From NCBI GenBank assembly GCA_900546695.1, contig URDX01000007.1, positions 331-64,330 of the forward strand: a stretch of 64,000 nucleotides of DNA, in the 5' to 3' direction. The position numbers and the translations under genes are program-made. Source of the DNA: an uncultured Eubacteriales bacterium (GTDB taxonomy: Bacteria > Bacillota > Clostridia > Oscillospirales > CAG-272). The notes beneath the pieces were generated by a model. It was not told where the DNA came from. It saw only the letters and a list, made by a program, of their open reading frames with translations, and searched no databases. Shown here one piece after another: positions 55,620 to 64,000 of the stretch; within the stretch, counting starts at the first letter, position 1; each line of letters starts with the position of its first letter.

Positions 55620-57251
55620 TTATTTTATGAGTCTTGCCTTTTGCAGTGCGGCATAGATTTTTGCGCCCTTAGGCAGCATGAGTACATCATCCCGCTCGAC
55701 CCCGCGGATGGCAAACAGCGCTATCACGTATATTATCGCAGCAACGACTATCGCGATGAGCGTTACCGCCTTTGACGGGATATGCCACGAGAGCAGACGC
55801 AGCGTGCCGAAGGCTCCGCCAACGCAGATTACCGAAGCGATGAGCGGCTTTACGAAGGTAACAAAGACCGACGGACGGACATCGGTATATTTCGCCATGA
55901 AATACACGTTGAGCACGGTGCAGACAACATAGCAGACTACGGTCGATATCGGCGCTCCGTAGATATTTACCGCAGGTATGCCAATGAGGATAAAGCTGAG
56001 TAATATCTTGACGACCGAGCCGGTGACGAGCGAGATTATCGGCTTATTCTGTCTGCCGTATGCCTGAAGAATGGCGTTTGATATCGAGAGCATGCAGATA
56101 AAGAAGATAGATATCGCGAGCACCGAGAGCTTGGGCGCGGCGAGCTCGGAGCTCTCCGCGTTATACAGCAGCTTGAGCAGCGGCTCGGAGAGCACACTGA
56201 CGCCGAGTGTACACGGCAGCGCCACTATCGCGGTGACGCGCAGACAGCTGCGGCAAATCTCCGCGCTTCGCTTGCTGTCACCGAGGGTGAGCGTGCCCTT
56301 GAGCAGCGGTATGAGCGAATAGGATATCGGGTAGATGAGCGCGGGCGGAAGGTTGGCAAACGGCACCGCAAAGCCGGTGTAATTTCCGTACAAAGCGTTT
56401 GCGTACTCCTCGACATAGCCGATGCTCATCAGCCGCCAGTTTATTATCATATCGTCAACCATTGTAGTCAGGCTCATGATAGACGAGCTGACGGTGATGG
56501 GTATCGCGATGACGAGCAGGCGGCGCAGTATCTCCCTGCCACCGGATATCTTACCGCCGCCGACCGCCTCCTCGATGGCGTACTCCTCCTCGCAGAAGCG
56601 CAGCTTTGAGATGAACAGGAACAGCATTCCGAAGGCGGTACCGACGGTAAGTCCCGCGATAGCGCATGCAGCCTGCACCTCGAGCCCGTATCCGAGCTTA
56701 CGTGCGCCGAGTGCGAACAGGATGCCCATCAGCAGCTTGCCGAGCGTCTCCATTATCTGCGAGACGGCGGTCGGTCTCATCTCCTGAAAGCCCTGAAAAT
56801 ATCCGCGCATCGCGCTTGAGACACAGACTAAGAAAAGGGTGGGCGCTACCGCGATGATGGACAGATACGAGCCCGCAACGCCGTTAAGGAACGCGAACTG
56901 ATGCGAGAGCAGTATCATCACTCCCGAGCCGAGCGCACCGATAACGATGAACATTTTCATCGTCAGCGAATATATCCGTTTTATCTCCTCCCGATTGCCG
57001 CGGAAGCGCGCCTCCGAGACGAGAATTGAGACAGCGAGCGGCAGACCGCCCGTTGATATCATATAAAACCAGACGAAAATGTGATAGGCGGCGTTGAAAT
57101 ACGCCATACCCGAGTCGCCTAGAATGTTGCTTATCGGTATGCGGAAGAGCATACCGATGACCTTGTTCAGCACGTTGGTAAAGGTGAGCACGGCAACACC
57201 CGAGAAAAACAGATTCTTATTATTTTTTATCTTTTTTGAAGTAGCTGCCAC
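55620..57251 (-). CDS. MOP-superfamily polysaccharide biosynthesis/flippase protein (SpoVB/YabM-like)
   Basis: 543-aa polytopic protein. Its position next to mazG-yabO-yabP matches Bacillus yabM. Confidence 0.75.
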   Translation of the reverse strand: MAATSKKIKNNKNLFFSGVAVLTFTNVLNKVIGMLFRIPISNILGDSGMAYFNAAYHIFVWFYMISTGGLPLAVSILVSEARFRGNREEIKRIYSLTMKMFIVIGALGSGVMILLSHQFAFLNGVAGSYLSIIAVAPTLFLVCVSSAMRGYFQGFQEMRPTAVSQIMETLGKLLMGILFALGARKLGYGLEVQAACAIAGLTVGTAFGMLFLFISKLRFCEEEYAIEEAVGGGKISGGREILRRLLVIAIPITVSSSIMSLTTMVDDMIINWRLMSIGYVEEYANALYGNYTGFAVPFANLPPALIYPISYSLIPLLKGTLTLGDSKRSAEICRSCLRVTAIVALPCTLGVSVLSEPLLKLLYNAESSELAAPKLSVLAISIFFICMLSISNAILQAYGRQNKPIISLVTGSVVKILLSFILIGIPAVNIYGAPISTVVCYVVCTVLNVYFMAKYTDVRPSVFVTFVKPLIASVICVGGAFGTLRLLSWHIPSKAVTLIAIVVAAIIYVIALFAIRGVERDDVLMLPKGAKIYAALQKARLIK

Positions 57252-58509
57252 ATTCTTCCCTCATATCGTGAATAATTTTTTCTATGTCAACGGTGGTATA
57301 CTCACCGTTTTCGTAAAGAATCCTGCCGTCGACCATGGTCATGGTGACGTTGGACGAATTTGCACTGTAAACGGCGGTGCAGCGCAGGTCGTAGTACGGG
57401 ATATTGTTCGGTGCGCACAGGTCAAGCAGAATAATGTCCGCCCGCCGTCCGACCGCTATCTCTCCGCAGTCGCCTCGCTGCTGGGCATGTGCGCCCGCCG
57501 TCGTCGCCGCGCGGAGCATGTCGCCCGCACCGATGCGCGAGGGGTCGCGCGTTATGCCCTTCTGGATTATCGCGCCGACGTGCATCTCCTTGAACATGTC
57601 GAGAACGTTGTTTGATGCCGTTCCGTCGGTACCGAGCGCAACGTTCACTCCGCCGTCAAGCAGCCTTGATAGCGGCATTACGCCGCTGCCGAGCTTGAGA
57701 TTTGAGACGGGGTTATATATCGCTGTCGCGCCGTGACGCGCGAGGATTTCGATATCGCCGTCCTCTACCCACACGCAGTGCGCCGCCGTGACGGAAGCCT
57801 CGAAGCAGCCGCACTGCTCGAAGAACGCCGCGGGAGTCAGCCCGCCGTGACGCTCCTTGCACTGCTCGTGCTCGGACTCGGTCTCGGAGAGGTGGATATG
57901 GAGATTCGCACCGTGCTCGGCAGCAAATTTTCCTACCTCGACGCAAGCGCGCGGGACGTTTGTATATTCGGCGTGCAGTGATATATCTATCTTTATTCTG
58001 CCGTCCTCGGCGTTATTCCATTCGGAGTACAGCGTCTTTGCCTCGTCAAAGCGGTGGTCGCGCGACATATCTATATCGGGGTCGAACGAGGTTATCGAGC
58101 GGCTGATATTCGCCTTGATGCCCGTCTCCGCGACCGCGAGTGCGGTATCTCCGCAGAAGAAATACATGTCCGAGAACGAGACCGTACCGCCCCTTATCAT
58201 CTCGGCTATCGCGAGCATGGAGGCGTTATATACCGCGCGACTCGTCAGCAGGTCCTCTGCGGGAAAAATCTTCTCGTGCAGCCAGCGGTCAAGCGGCATG
58301 TCCTCGCCGTAGCCGCGGAAAAGCGTCATAGCCGCGTGCGTATGGCAGTTGTAGAGTCCCGGCATGAGCAGGCGGTCGGTGCAGTCGATGATGCGGTCAT
58401 AGCCGTCGATCGGCGGCTCTGCTCCGACGTAGGTTATGTACGCCCCGTCGGTCGCGACGCAGGCAGTCGTACCGTCGAGCAGCTTTGCGTTTTTGAGCAA
58501 ATACTTCAT
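57220..58509 (-). CDS. mtaD: amidohydrolase, 5-methylthioadenosine/S-adenosylhomocysteine deaminase-like
   Basis: PGLYNCHTHAAMTLFRGYGEDMPLDRWL, HLSETE and LGTDGTASNN. Confidence 0.85.
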   Translation of the reverse strand: MKYLLKNAKLLDGTTACVATDGAYITYVGAEPPIDGYDRIIDCTDRLLMPGLYNCHTHAAMTLFRGYGEDMPLDRWLHEKIFPAEDLLTSRAVYNASMLAIAEMIRGGTVSFSDMYFFCGDTALAVAETGIKANISRSITSFDPDIDMSRDHRFDEAKTLYSEWNNAEDGRIKIDISLHAEYTNVPRACVEVGKFAAEHGANLHIHLSETESEHEQCKERHGGLTPAAFFEQCGCFEASVTAAHCVWVEDGDIEILARHGATAIYNPVSNLKLGSGVMPLSRLLDGGVNVALGTDGTASNNVLDMFKEMHVGAIIQKGITRDPSRIGAGDMLRAATTAGAHAQQRGDCGEIAVGRRADIILLDLCAPNNIPYYDLRCTAVYSANSSNVTMTMVDGRILYENGEYTTVDIEKIIHDMREECGSYFKKDKK

Positions 58510-58633
58510 TTTATATAAATCCTTTCAAACCATTCCGTTTATGCGGCAGCGGATGTGCGGCGGTGCAAATATGCGGCGGCATAGTATGCAGTGTCTGATG
58601 TTCGGCAGCGCGGGGATGAACGCCGTGCCGCGC

Positions 58634-59578
58634 TCAGCGCATATCGCCGATAAACTCGCGCAGCATCGAATCCGCAGGGACCTCCGACGGCGGCAGCGAC
58701 GGTACGCTGTCGAGCGCATCGAGCAGCCCGCGTACATCGGGATAGAGCGGCGAGGTTGCCGAGACGGCGCGCAGCAGCTCCGCAAGCGGCTGCTTGAGCA
58801 CGCAGACCTCATATGCGAGCGAGGAATCTATCAGCGCATCCGCATATCTGCGCGCGGGGTAGATGCTGCTCTGCTCGTTGCGGACGACCCCAGCCCATAC
58901 CTGCAGCGTAAATTCGACGGAGGCGGAGCGGAAAAGTCGGTCGCGCAGCAGACGGCGCATAAGCCGCAGCCGACGCGCGGAGAATTCGGTATCGCCTATC
59001 CTCACGCCGCTCGCGGCATCGGTGAAGATGAAGAGCGGCGATGCGGGAGAGATCACACGGCGTACCGACGGGTACGATGCCTGAATGCCCTCGAAAATAA
59101 AGACGTCATACGCAGAGGAGTCGACCGAGCGGAAGCCGCTGCGGCGCTGCAAACCAAAATCAAACTGCGGCAGCTCCGCCGTCTCACCGCGCAGCACGGC
59201 AGCGGTAAAGCACTCGAATTCGAGGATATCCATCGCATCCTCGCTGTCGAGGTCGAGCTCGCCGTTCGCCTCGGAGTAGCCCGAAACGTCGGGCGATGCC
59301 TCGGAGGTGAGAAAAAAGTCGTCTATCGACACGCGGAAAACACGCAGTCCGCAGGCGGCAAGCTCGGTACGGAGCTTTTCGACCGTTGTGGTCTTTCCCG
59401 AGCAGCTCGGACCCGACAGCGCTATCAGCTGCGGAGCGCTGCCGCCCCGTACCCGCTCGCATATCAGCGACGCGGTGCTGTCGAGCCGCTCCCTGTACTC
59501 CGCCTCGCAGTGCTTTATCAGCGCGGGGGTGCAGTCGGAGGGCGAGAGCGAAATTATATTTTCATGCAGTTCCAGCAT
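58634..59578 (-). CDS. P-loop kinase, uridine kinase/phosphoribulokinase family
   Basis: The Walker A motif LSGPSCSGKTTT is followed by RVSIDDFF. Confidence 0.6.
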   Translation of the reverse strand: MLELHENIISLSPSDCTPALIKHCEAEYRERLDSTASLICERVRGGSAPQLIALSGPSCSGKTTTVEKLRTELAACGLRVFRVSIDDFFLTSEASPDVSGYSEANGELDLDSEDAMDILEFECFTAAVLRGETAELPQFDFGLQRRSGFRSVDSSAYDVFIFEGIQASYPSVRRVISPASPLFIFTDAASGVRIGDTEFSARRLRLMRRLLRDRLFRSASVEFTLQVWAGVVRNEQSSIYPARRYADALIDSSLAYEVCVLKQPLAELLRAVSATSPLYPDVRGLLDALDSVPSLPPSEVPADSMLREFIGDMR

Positions 59579-59781
59579 AGGACACCTCCTGTCGGTGCTG
59601 ACGCGGCGCGTTCACCGCGGATATAACGATGGTGCGGCGTGTTCTCCGCGAATGCAGTAATGATATTTTACACGGAGCGCTGCCGACGGTGCGAGCATAA
59701 ATCCGCGCTTGAAGCTAAGCTGCGGAAATAAAGCAGACTCAATCTGTGTCATTAAATATTGACGGCGGAAACGTTGCAGAC

Positions 59782-61287
59782 TCACTCTGCATCATCAAAG
59801 CGGTCACGGTAAAAGCTCTCCGCCGCCTCGGCAAGCGCCCTCTCGGCTTCCTCCGGGGATGCGGCAAGATACTCGTACGGATATTTCGGCATGAACAGCC
59901 GCTGCATATCGCCGCCCGAGCGGGAAACAAGCTTTGTCACCGCACCCGCGCCGAGCGCGAAGATGCTGTGTATCTCATCCATTATCAGAATGTTGTATAT
60001 GCCCTCTTTGCCGTGCTTTGAAAAACCGACGTTTTCATAGCCGCCGACGGCGTTTTTCTGCTTATACATATAGTAGGGCTCGTAGCCGAGCTCGGCGCAG
60101 CGCCGCTGAGAATACGCAACTCCCCTCCCCGCATCCTCGCCCGTACGCGAGTAGCAGCCCCCGCGCTCGGCAAGCTCCGCCGCGCGCTTGACGCAGAAGG
60201 TATGAACGGTAATATTCTCGGGCGAGAGCGCGCTGACCTCGTCAAAGCTGCGGATAAAGCTCTCCCCGCTCTCGCCGGGCAGCCCCGCTATAAGATCGGT
60301 ATTTATGCAGTCAAAGCTCTGCGCCGCAGCCGCCTCATATGCGCGGAAAAACTGCTCCGCCGTGTGCGAGCGACCGATGCTGCGCAGCACCTCGTCGTTC
60401 GTTGTTTGCGGGTTTATGCTGACGCGGGTCACGCCCCGGCGCTTTGCCGCACGCAGCTTGTCGTCGGTTATCGTGTCGGGTCTGCCCGCCTCAAGCGTGA
60501 ACTCACGCAGCGCGGAGAGGTCTATGCACTCCCCGAGACAGCCGAGCAGACGGTCGAGCTGTTCGGCACTGAGCGTCGTCGGCGTTCCGCCGCCGATATA
60601 AACGGTGTCGACCCGCCTGCCTATCCTCGGCAGCAGCCTGCCGAGCGCGCGAATATCACTGCACAGCCGCTCGAGATAATCGGGGATGAGCGAGAGCAGA
60701 CGCGGCGTTGAATACGACACAAACGAGCAGTAAGCGCAGCGCGTCGGGCAGAACGGAATGGATATATACACCGAGCAGCCGTCGCTGCCGACCTGTCTGC
60801 GCAGCGCGGAATTGTTGCGCGCCACCTCGGTCAGCAGATGTGCTTTTTCGGGCGCGGCGAGGTAGTCGCCCGTCAGTATGCGCTCCGCCTCCCGTGCACC
60901 GTCAAGTCCCTGCGCACGGGCACTTTCCGCAAGCTGCTCGGCGAGCTTTGCAGGGCGCACTCCCGTCAGTATTCCCCATTCGGGGCGTATGTCGAAAAGC
61001 TCCGCACCCGCCTCGAATATCGCACGTCCCACCGCGCGCTTTTTTATCCGCTCGTCCGAGTCGATACCGTCGCGCAGCTCGCGCGCCGTGCCGCTGCGCT
61101 GCTCCCCGCCGTGCCGCATTACCGCCTCGGCGGTATAGCTCTGCGCATCCTCGTGCAGCGTCAAACGTACCGCGTCGCCCTCCGCCGTCTCCTCCTCCCG
61201 CTCGGAAAAGCCCGCGCCGGGAAAGAAGATAAGACAGAGCGTCTGAACGTAGTAGCGCCCGATATTTCCTTCTATATACAGCTTCAT
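59782..61287 (-). CDS. hemZ: HemN/HemZ-like oxygen-independent coproporphyrinogen oxidase family radical SAM protein
   Basis: SIPFCPTRCAYCSFVS, then YIGGGTPT. Confidence 0.8.
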   Translation of the reverse strand: MKLYIEGNIGRYYVQTLCLIFFPGAGFSEREEETAEGDAVRLTLHEDAQSYTAEAVMRHGGEQRSGTARELRDGIDSDERIKKRAVGRAIFEAGAELFDIRPEWGILTGVRPAKLAEQLAESARAQGLDGAREAERILTGDYLAAPEKAHLLTEVARNNSALRRQVGSDGCSVYISIPFCPTRCAYCSFVSYSTPRLLSLIPDYLERLCSDIRALGRLLPRIGRRVDTVYIGGGTPTTLSAEQLDRLLGCLGECIDLSALREFTLEAGRPDTITDDKLRAAKRRGVTRVSINPQTTNDEVLRSIGRSHTAEQFFRAYEAAAAQSFDCINTDLIAGLPGESGESFIRSFDEVSALSPENITVHTFCVKRAAELAERGGCYSRTGEDAGRGVAYSQRRCAELGYEPYYMYKQKNAVGGYENVGFSKHGKEGIYNILIMDEIHSIFALGAGAVTKLVSRSGGDMQRLFMPKYPYEYLAASPEEAERALAEAAESFYRDRFDDAE

Positions 61288-61349
61288 CTGTTCACATCAC
61301 TTTCAAGCTCCGCGCAGAGCGTACACCTCCGGGCGGAGCTGCGCGAACG

Positions 61350-63599
61350 TCAGGTATTATACCTGCGGTCGACGTGGTCAACGCCCTTGATAGCGCCGAG
61401 TCTGCCGACTATCGAACGCACATGGTCTATATTCTTTGCGCCTACGGTCACATTTATGACCGCCTCACCCGCACCCGTCTTGCGCGCGCCTATCGAGACA
61501 ATCGAAACCTTCATATCCGCAAGCGCGGTGGTTATGTCCGCTATCATCGAGATGCGGTCCTCGGCATAGATATTAAGCGAGGTCTCGAACAGCGCCTTCT
61601 CGCTCTGCTGCTCGCCGTCCCAACGCGCCTGCACCCAGCGGTCGGCGTTCTCCTCACGCTGCATGGACAGTCGGACGTTCGGGCAATCGCGCTTGTGCAC
61701 CGAGATGCCGTAGCCCTTGGTTATAAAGCCGATGAGCTCGTCACCCGGCAGCGGGTTGCAGCACTTCGCAAACTTGACCGCACAGCCCTCGACACCGTCG
61801 ACGATAACGCCGGAGCTCGCCTTATGCGAATGCGGCAGCGCCTTTGTGCGTACCGATGCCGCGTCGGTCGGTGCAGGCGGAGCATCCTCCGCCTTTGTTC
61901 TGCGCTCGAACTCATCGTGCAGCTTCGGCGCAAGCTTTGAGATGGTTATTCCGCCGTAGCCGATGGTGTTGCAAAGGTCCTCGTAGGTCTTTATGCTGAA
62001 TCGCGCGGCGACCGCGGTCGCGATCTCCTCCTTCATCTGCTCGGAGCAGCCGCGCCCGTAGCGACGGAACTCGCGGTCTATCTCCGCCCTGCCCATCGCG
62101 ATGTTCTCCTCGCGCTTCTCGCGCTTGAACCACTGGCGTATCTTGTTCCGCGCCTCACCCGTCTTGACTATCTTGAGCCAGTCGCGGCTCGGTCCGTGGG
62201 ACGCGCTCGATGTCAGTATCTCGACTATCTCGCCGTTCTGCGGAACGCGCTCAATGGGCACTATCATGCCGTTTATCTTCGCGCCTATCATCTTGTTGCC
62301 GACACCCGAATGAATAGCGTAAGCAAAGTCGATAACGGTCGAGCCCTGCGGGAGCGTGATAACATCGCCCTTCGGGGTAAACACGAAGGTCTCATCATGG
62401 AAAATATCTATCTTGAGCGCACGCATGAACTCGTCGGGGTCGCGGGTATCGTCCTCGGTCTCGACGAGCTTGCGTATCCACTGCAGCTTGTCGTCTATCT
62501 CCTTGGAGCTCTCCTCGCCCGACTTGTACTTCCAGTGCGCGGCGACGCCGTACTCTGCTATGCGGTGCATCTCCCATGTTCTTATCTGCACCTCGAACGG
62601 TATGCCGCCCCTGCCGATAACGGTGGTGTGGAGCGAGCGGTACATGTTCGGCTTCGGGGTCGAGATGTAATCCTTAAATCGCCCCGGCACCGAATGGAAC
62701 ATGTCGTGTATTATGCCCATGACCGTGTAGCATTCAAGCTCGGTATCGACGAGTACGCGCAGTGCGTAAAAATCGTATATCTCATTAAAGCTCTTGTTCT
62801 GCTCGAACATCTTGCGGTAGATGCTGTATACCGTCTTTACTCTGCCGTCGAGCGAAAAGTTGATGCCGCTCTCGGTCAGCTTATCGGATATCTGACTGCG
62901 CGCACGCTCGATAAAATCATGGCTCTGCCCGTATTTTTCCTCGATATGCTTCTCTATCTGCTCATAGCCGAACGGGTCGAGATAGCGCAGCGAGATGTTC
63001 TCAAGCTCCTGCTTCATCCTCTGCATACCGAGACGGTGTGCAAGCGGCGCAAATACCTGCATCGTTTCGAGCGCGGTCTGACGCTGCTTGTCCGGGCTCT
63101 TTGCGCCGAGTGTGCGCATGTTGTGCAGACGGTCGCACAGCTTGATGAATATGACGCGAATGTCGCGCGACATGGCAAGAAACATCTTGCGCAGGTTCTC
63201 AATGTGCTTTTCTTCCTTATCCTCAAACGGGATGTGCACCAGCTTTGTGAGACCGTCTACAATCATAGAAACATCGCTGCCGAACTCGTACTCTATCTCC
63301 TCGAGAGTGACCTTGCTTCCGCAATCCTCTACCGTATCATGCAGCAGCGCCGCACAGATGGAATCGGTATCGAGACCGAGCGAAACCGCTATCTCCGCGA
63401 CCGCGATGGGGTGAAAGATGTACTTCTCACCGCTCGCGCGGAACTGCCCCTCATGCAGCTTTGCGGCGTAGAGATACGCGCGCTTTATCTTTTCGATATC
63501 GTACTTTTTACCCGATGCCGTCAGGGCGAACAGCAGCATCTCTATATCCTTGTATTTAGGATCGGACTCTATATGATGAATTCTCGAATCGGTTTTCAT
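61350..63599 (-). CDS. relA: bifunctional (p)ppGpp synthetase/hydrolase RelA/SpoT
   Basis: 749 aa with an HD domain (HPIAVAEI..LHDTVED), a synthetase domain (YRSLHTTV) and TGS and ACT regions. Confidence 0.95.
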   Translation of the reverse strand: MKTDSRIHHIESDPKYKDIEMLLFALTASGKKYDIEKIKRAYLYAAKLHEGQFRASGEKYIFHPIAVAEIAVSLGLDTDSICAALLHDTVEDCGSKVTLEEIEYEFGSDVSMIVDGLTKLVHIPFEDKEEKHIENLRKMFLAMSRDIRVIFIKLCDRLHNMRTLGAKSPDKQRQTALETMQVFAPLAHRLGMQRMKQELENISLRYLDPFGYEQIEKHIEEKYGQSHDFIERARSQISDKLTESGINFSLDGRVKTVYSIYRKMFEQNKSFNEIYDFYALRVLVDTELECYTVMGIIHDMFHSVPGRFKDYISTPKPNMYRSLHTTVIGRGGIPFEVQIRTWEMHRIAEYGVAAHWKYKSGEESSKEIDDKLQWIRKLVETEDDTRDPDEFMRALKIDIFHDETFVFTPKGDVITLPQGSTVIDFAYAIHSGVGNKMIGAKINGMIVPIERVPQNGEIVEILTSSASHGPSRDWLKIVKTGEARNKIRQWFKREKREENIAMGRAEIDREFRRYGRGCSEQMKEEIATAVAARFSIKTYEDLCNTIGYGGITISKLAPKLHDEFERRTKAEDAPPAPTDAASVRTKALPHSHKASSGVIVDGVEGCAVKFAKCCNPLPGDELIGFITKGYGISVHKRDCPNVRLSMQREENADRWVQARWDGEQQSEKALFETSLNIYAEDRISMIADITTALADMKVSIVSIGARKTGAGEAVINVTVGAKNIDHVRSIVGRLGAIKGVDHVDRRYNT

Positions 63600-63796
63600 T
63601 CTCTCTGCCTCGCTCTCCTTGTGTATGTTTTGCCGCGACTTATTTTAAAGCCCGCGCGGCGCTGTGCGGTTTATTATATGCTCATGCTACGACTATGCGA
63701 TGCCGCTTATTTTGCCGCATGCACGCCGCCGATTTTTCCGCATACGCGGTTTATTCTATGCTCGTTCACCGCCGTCTGTTTTGCCGCTTGCGCGGC

Positions 63797-64000
63797 TCAT
63801 TTCGCCACACGCGCCTCAAGACTCTTATATATCTGCGATGCGCACAGATCGACCTTGCCGTCGGTCTCTCCGAGCTCGATATAAAGCCCGCCGCCGTCGA
63901 CCGAATAATCGGGCACGGCAGAATAGGATATTATCCCCGTCTGCACGAGTATGGCAAGAATAAAGCGCAGCTTTATGTACTCGCGGGGTCCGTCTCCGAG
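63797..64000 (-). CDS. C-terminal fragment of an unidentified protein (N-terminus beyond the window end)
   Basis: The open frame from the window edge to the TGA (63799-63797) reads LGDGPREYIKLRFILAILVQTGIISYSAVPDYSVDGGGLYIELGETDGKVDLCASQIYKSLEARVAK*. I do not recognise the product. Confidence 0.4.
   Translation of the reverse strand, partial: LGDGPREYIKLRFILAILVQTGIISYSAVPDYSVDGGGLYIELGETDGKVDLCASQIYKSLEARVAK

Overview
64-kb window from a high-GC (well above 50% G+C by eye), spore-forming Clostridia-type chromosome, probably Oscillospiraceae/Ruminococcaceae-like. Nothing here was computed; everything comes from reading the sequence and the ORF track.

Core-genome flanks:
- Left, 1-13.3 kb: a CapD-like sugar dehydratase gene (partial), a tandem glycine riboswitch in front of an alanine/glycine:cation symporter, two XRE regulators, tRNA-Pro and tRNA-Arg, and a BMP-family (nucleoside-type) ABC importer operon.
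- 19.2-21.3 kb: groES-groEL with a perfect CIRCE operator.
- Right, 50.9-64 kb: serine hydrolase, divIC, yabQ, yabP, yabO, mazG, spoVB-like flippase, mtaD, a uridine-kinase-like gene, a hemZ-like gene and relA.

The accessory mosaic lies between these flanks (about 14-51 kb). It carries 12 intact fused TMD-NBD ABC exporter genes plus one truncated copy.

The best candidate for a new system is a strongly AT-rich minus-strand operon at 31.2-39.3 kb. It encodes:
- a CydDC-like exporter pair;
- an 89-aa TM-less S26B (SipW-type) peptidase-like protein;
- an unannotated 38-aa Cys-rich peptide (MKTKKGRPISKKLLKEIVIVAHCCCAGSTKHAAGYKKC) followed by a strong stem-loop;
- an ACP-fold protein;
- two radical SAM/SPASM enzymes with RRE-like N-termini;
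- a 332-aa protein of unknown function.

Other features of the mosaic:
- A decayed paralogous cassette lies next to the operon at 27.7-31.1 kb: acidic repeat protein, ABC exporter, truncated peptidase and ACP.
- The cassettes are joined by three copies of a ~235-bp terminator-plus-promoter module.
- A third fragment (333-aa paralog plus ABC exporter, 15.1-18.0 kb) is bracketed by two ORF-less group IIC intron copies. One has all ribozyme domains. The other lacks domains IV-V.
- Several other repeat families and gene-conversion tracts are reported below.
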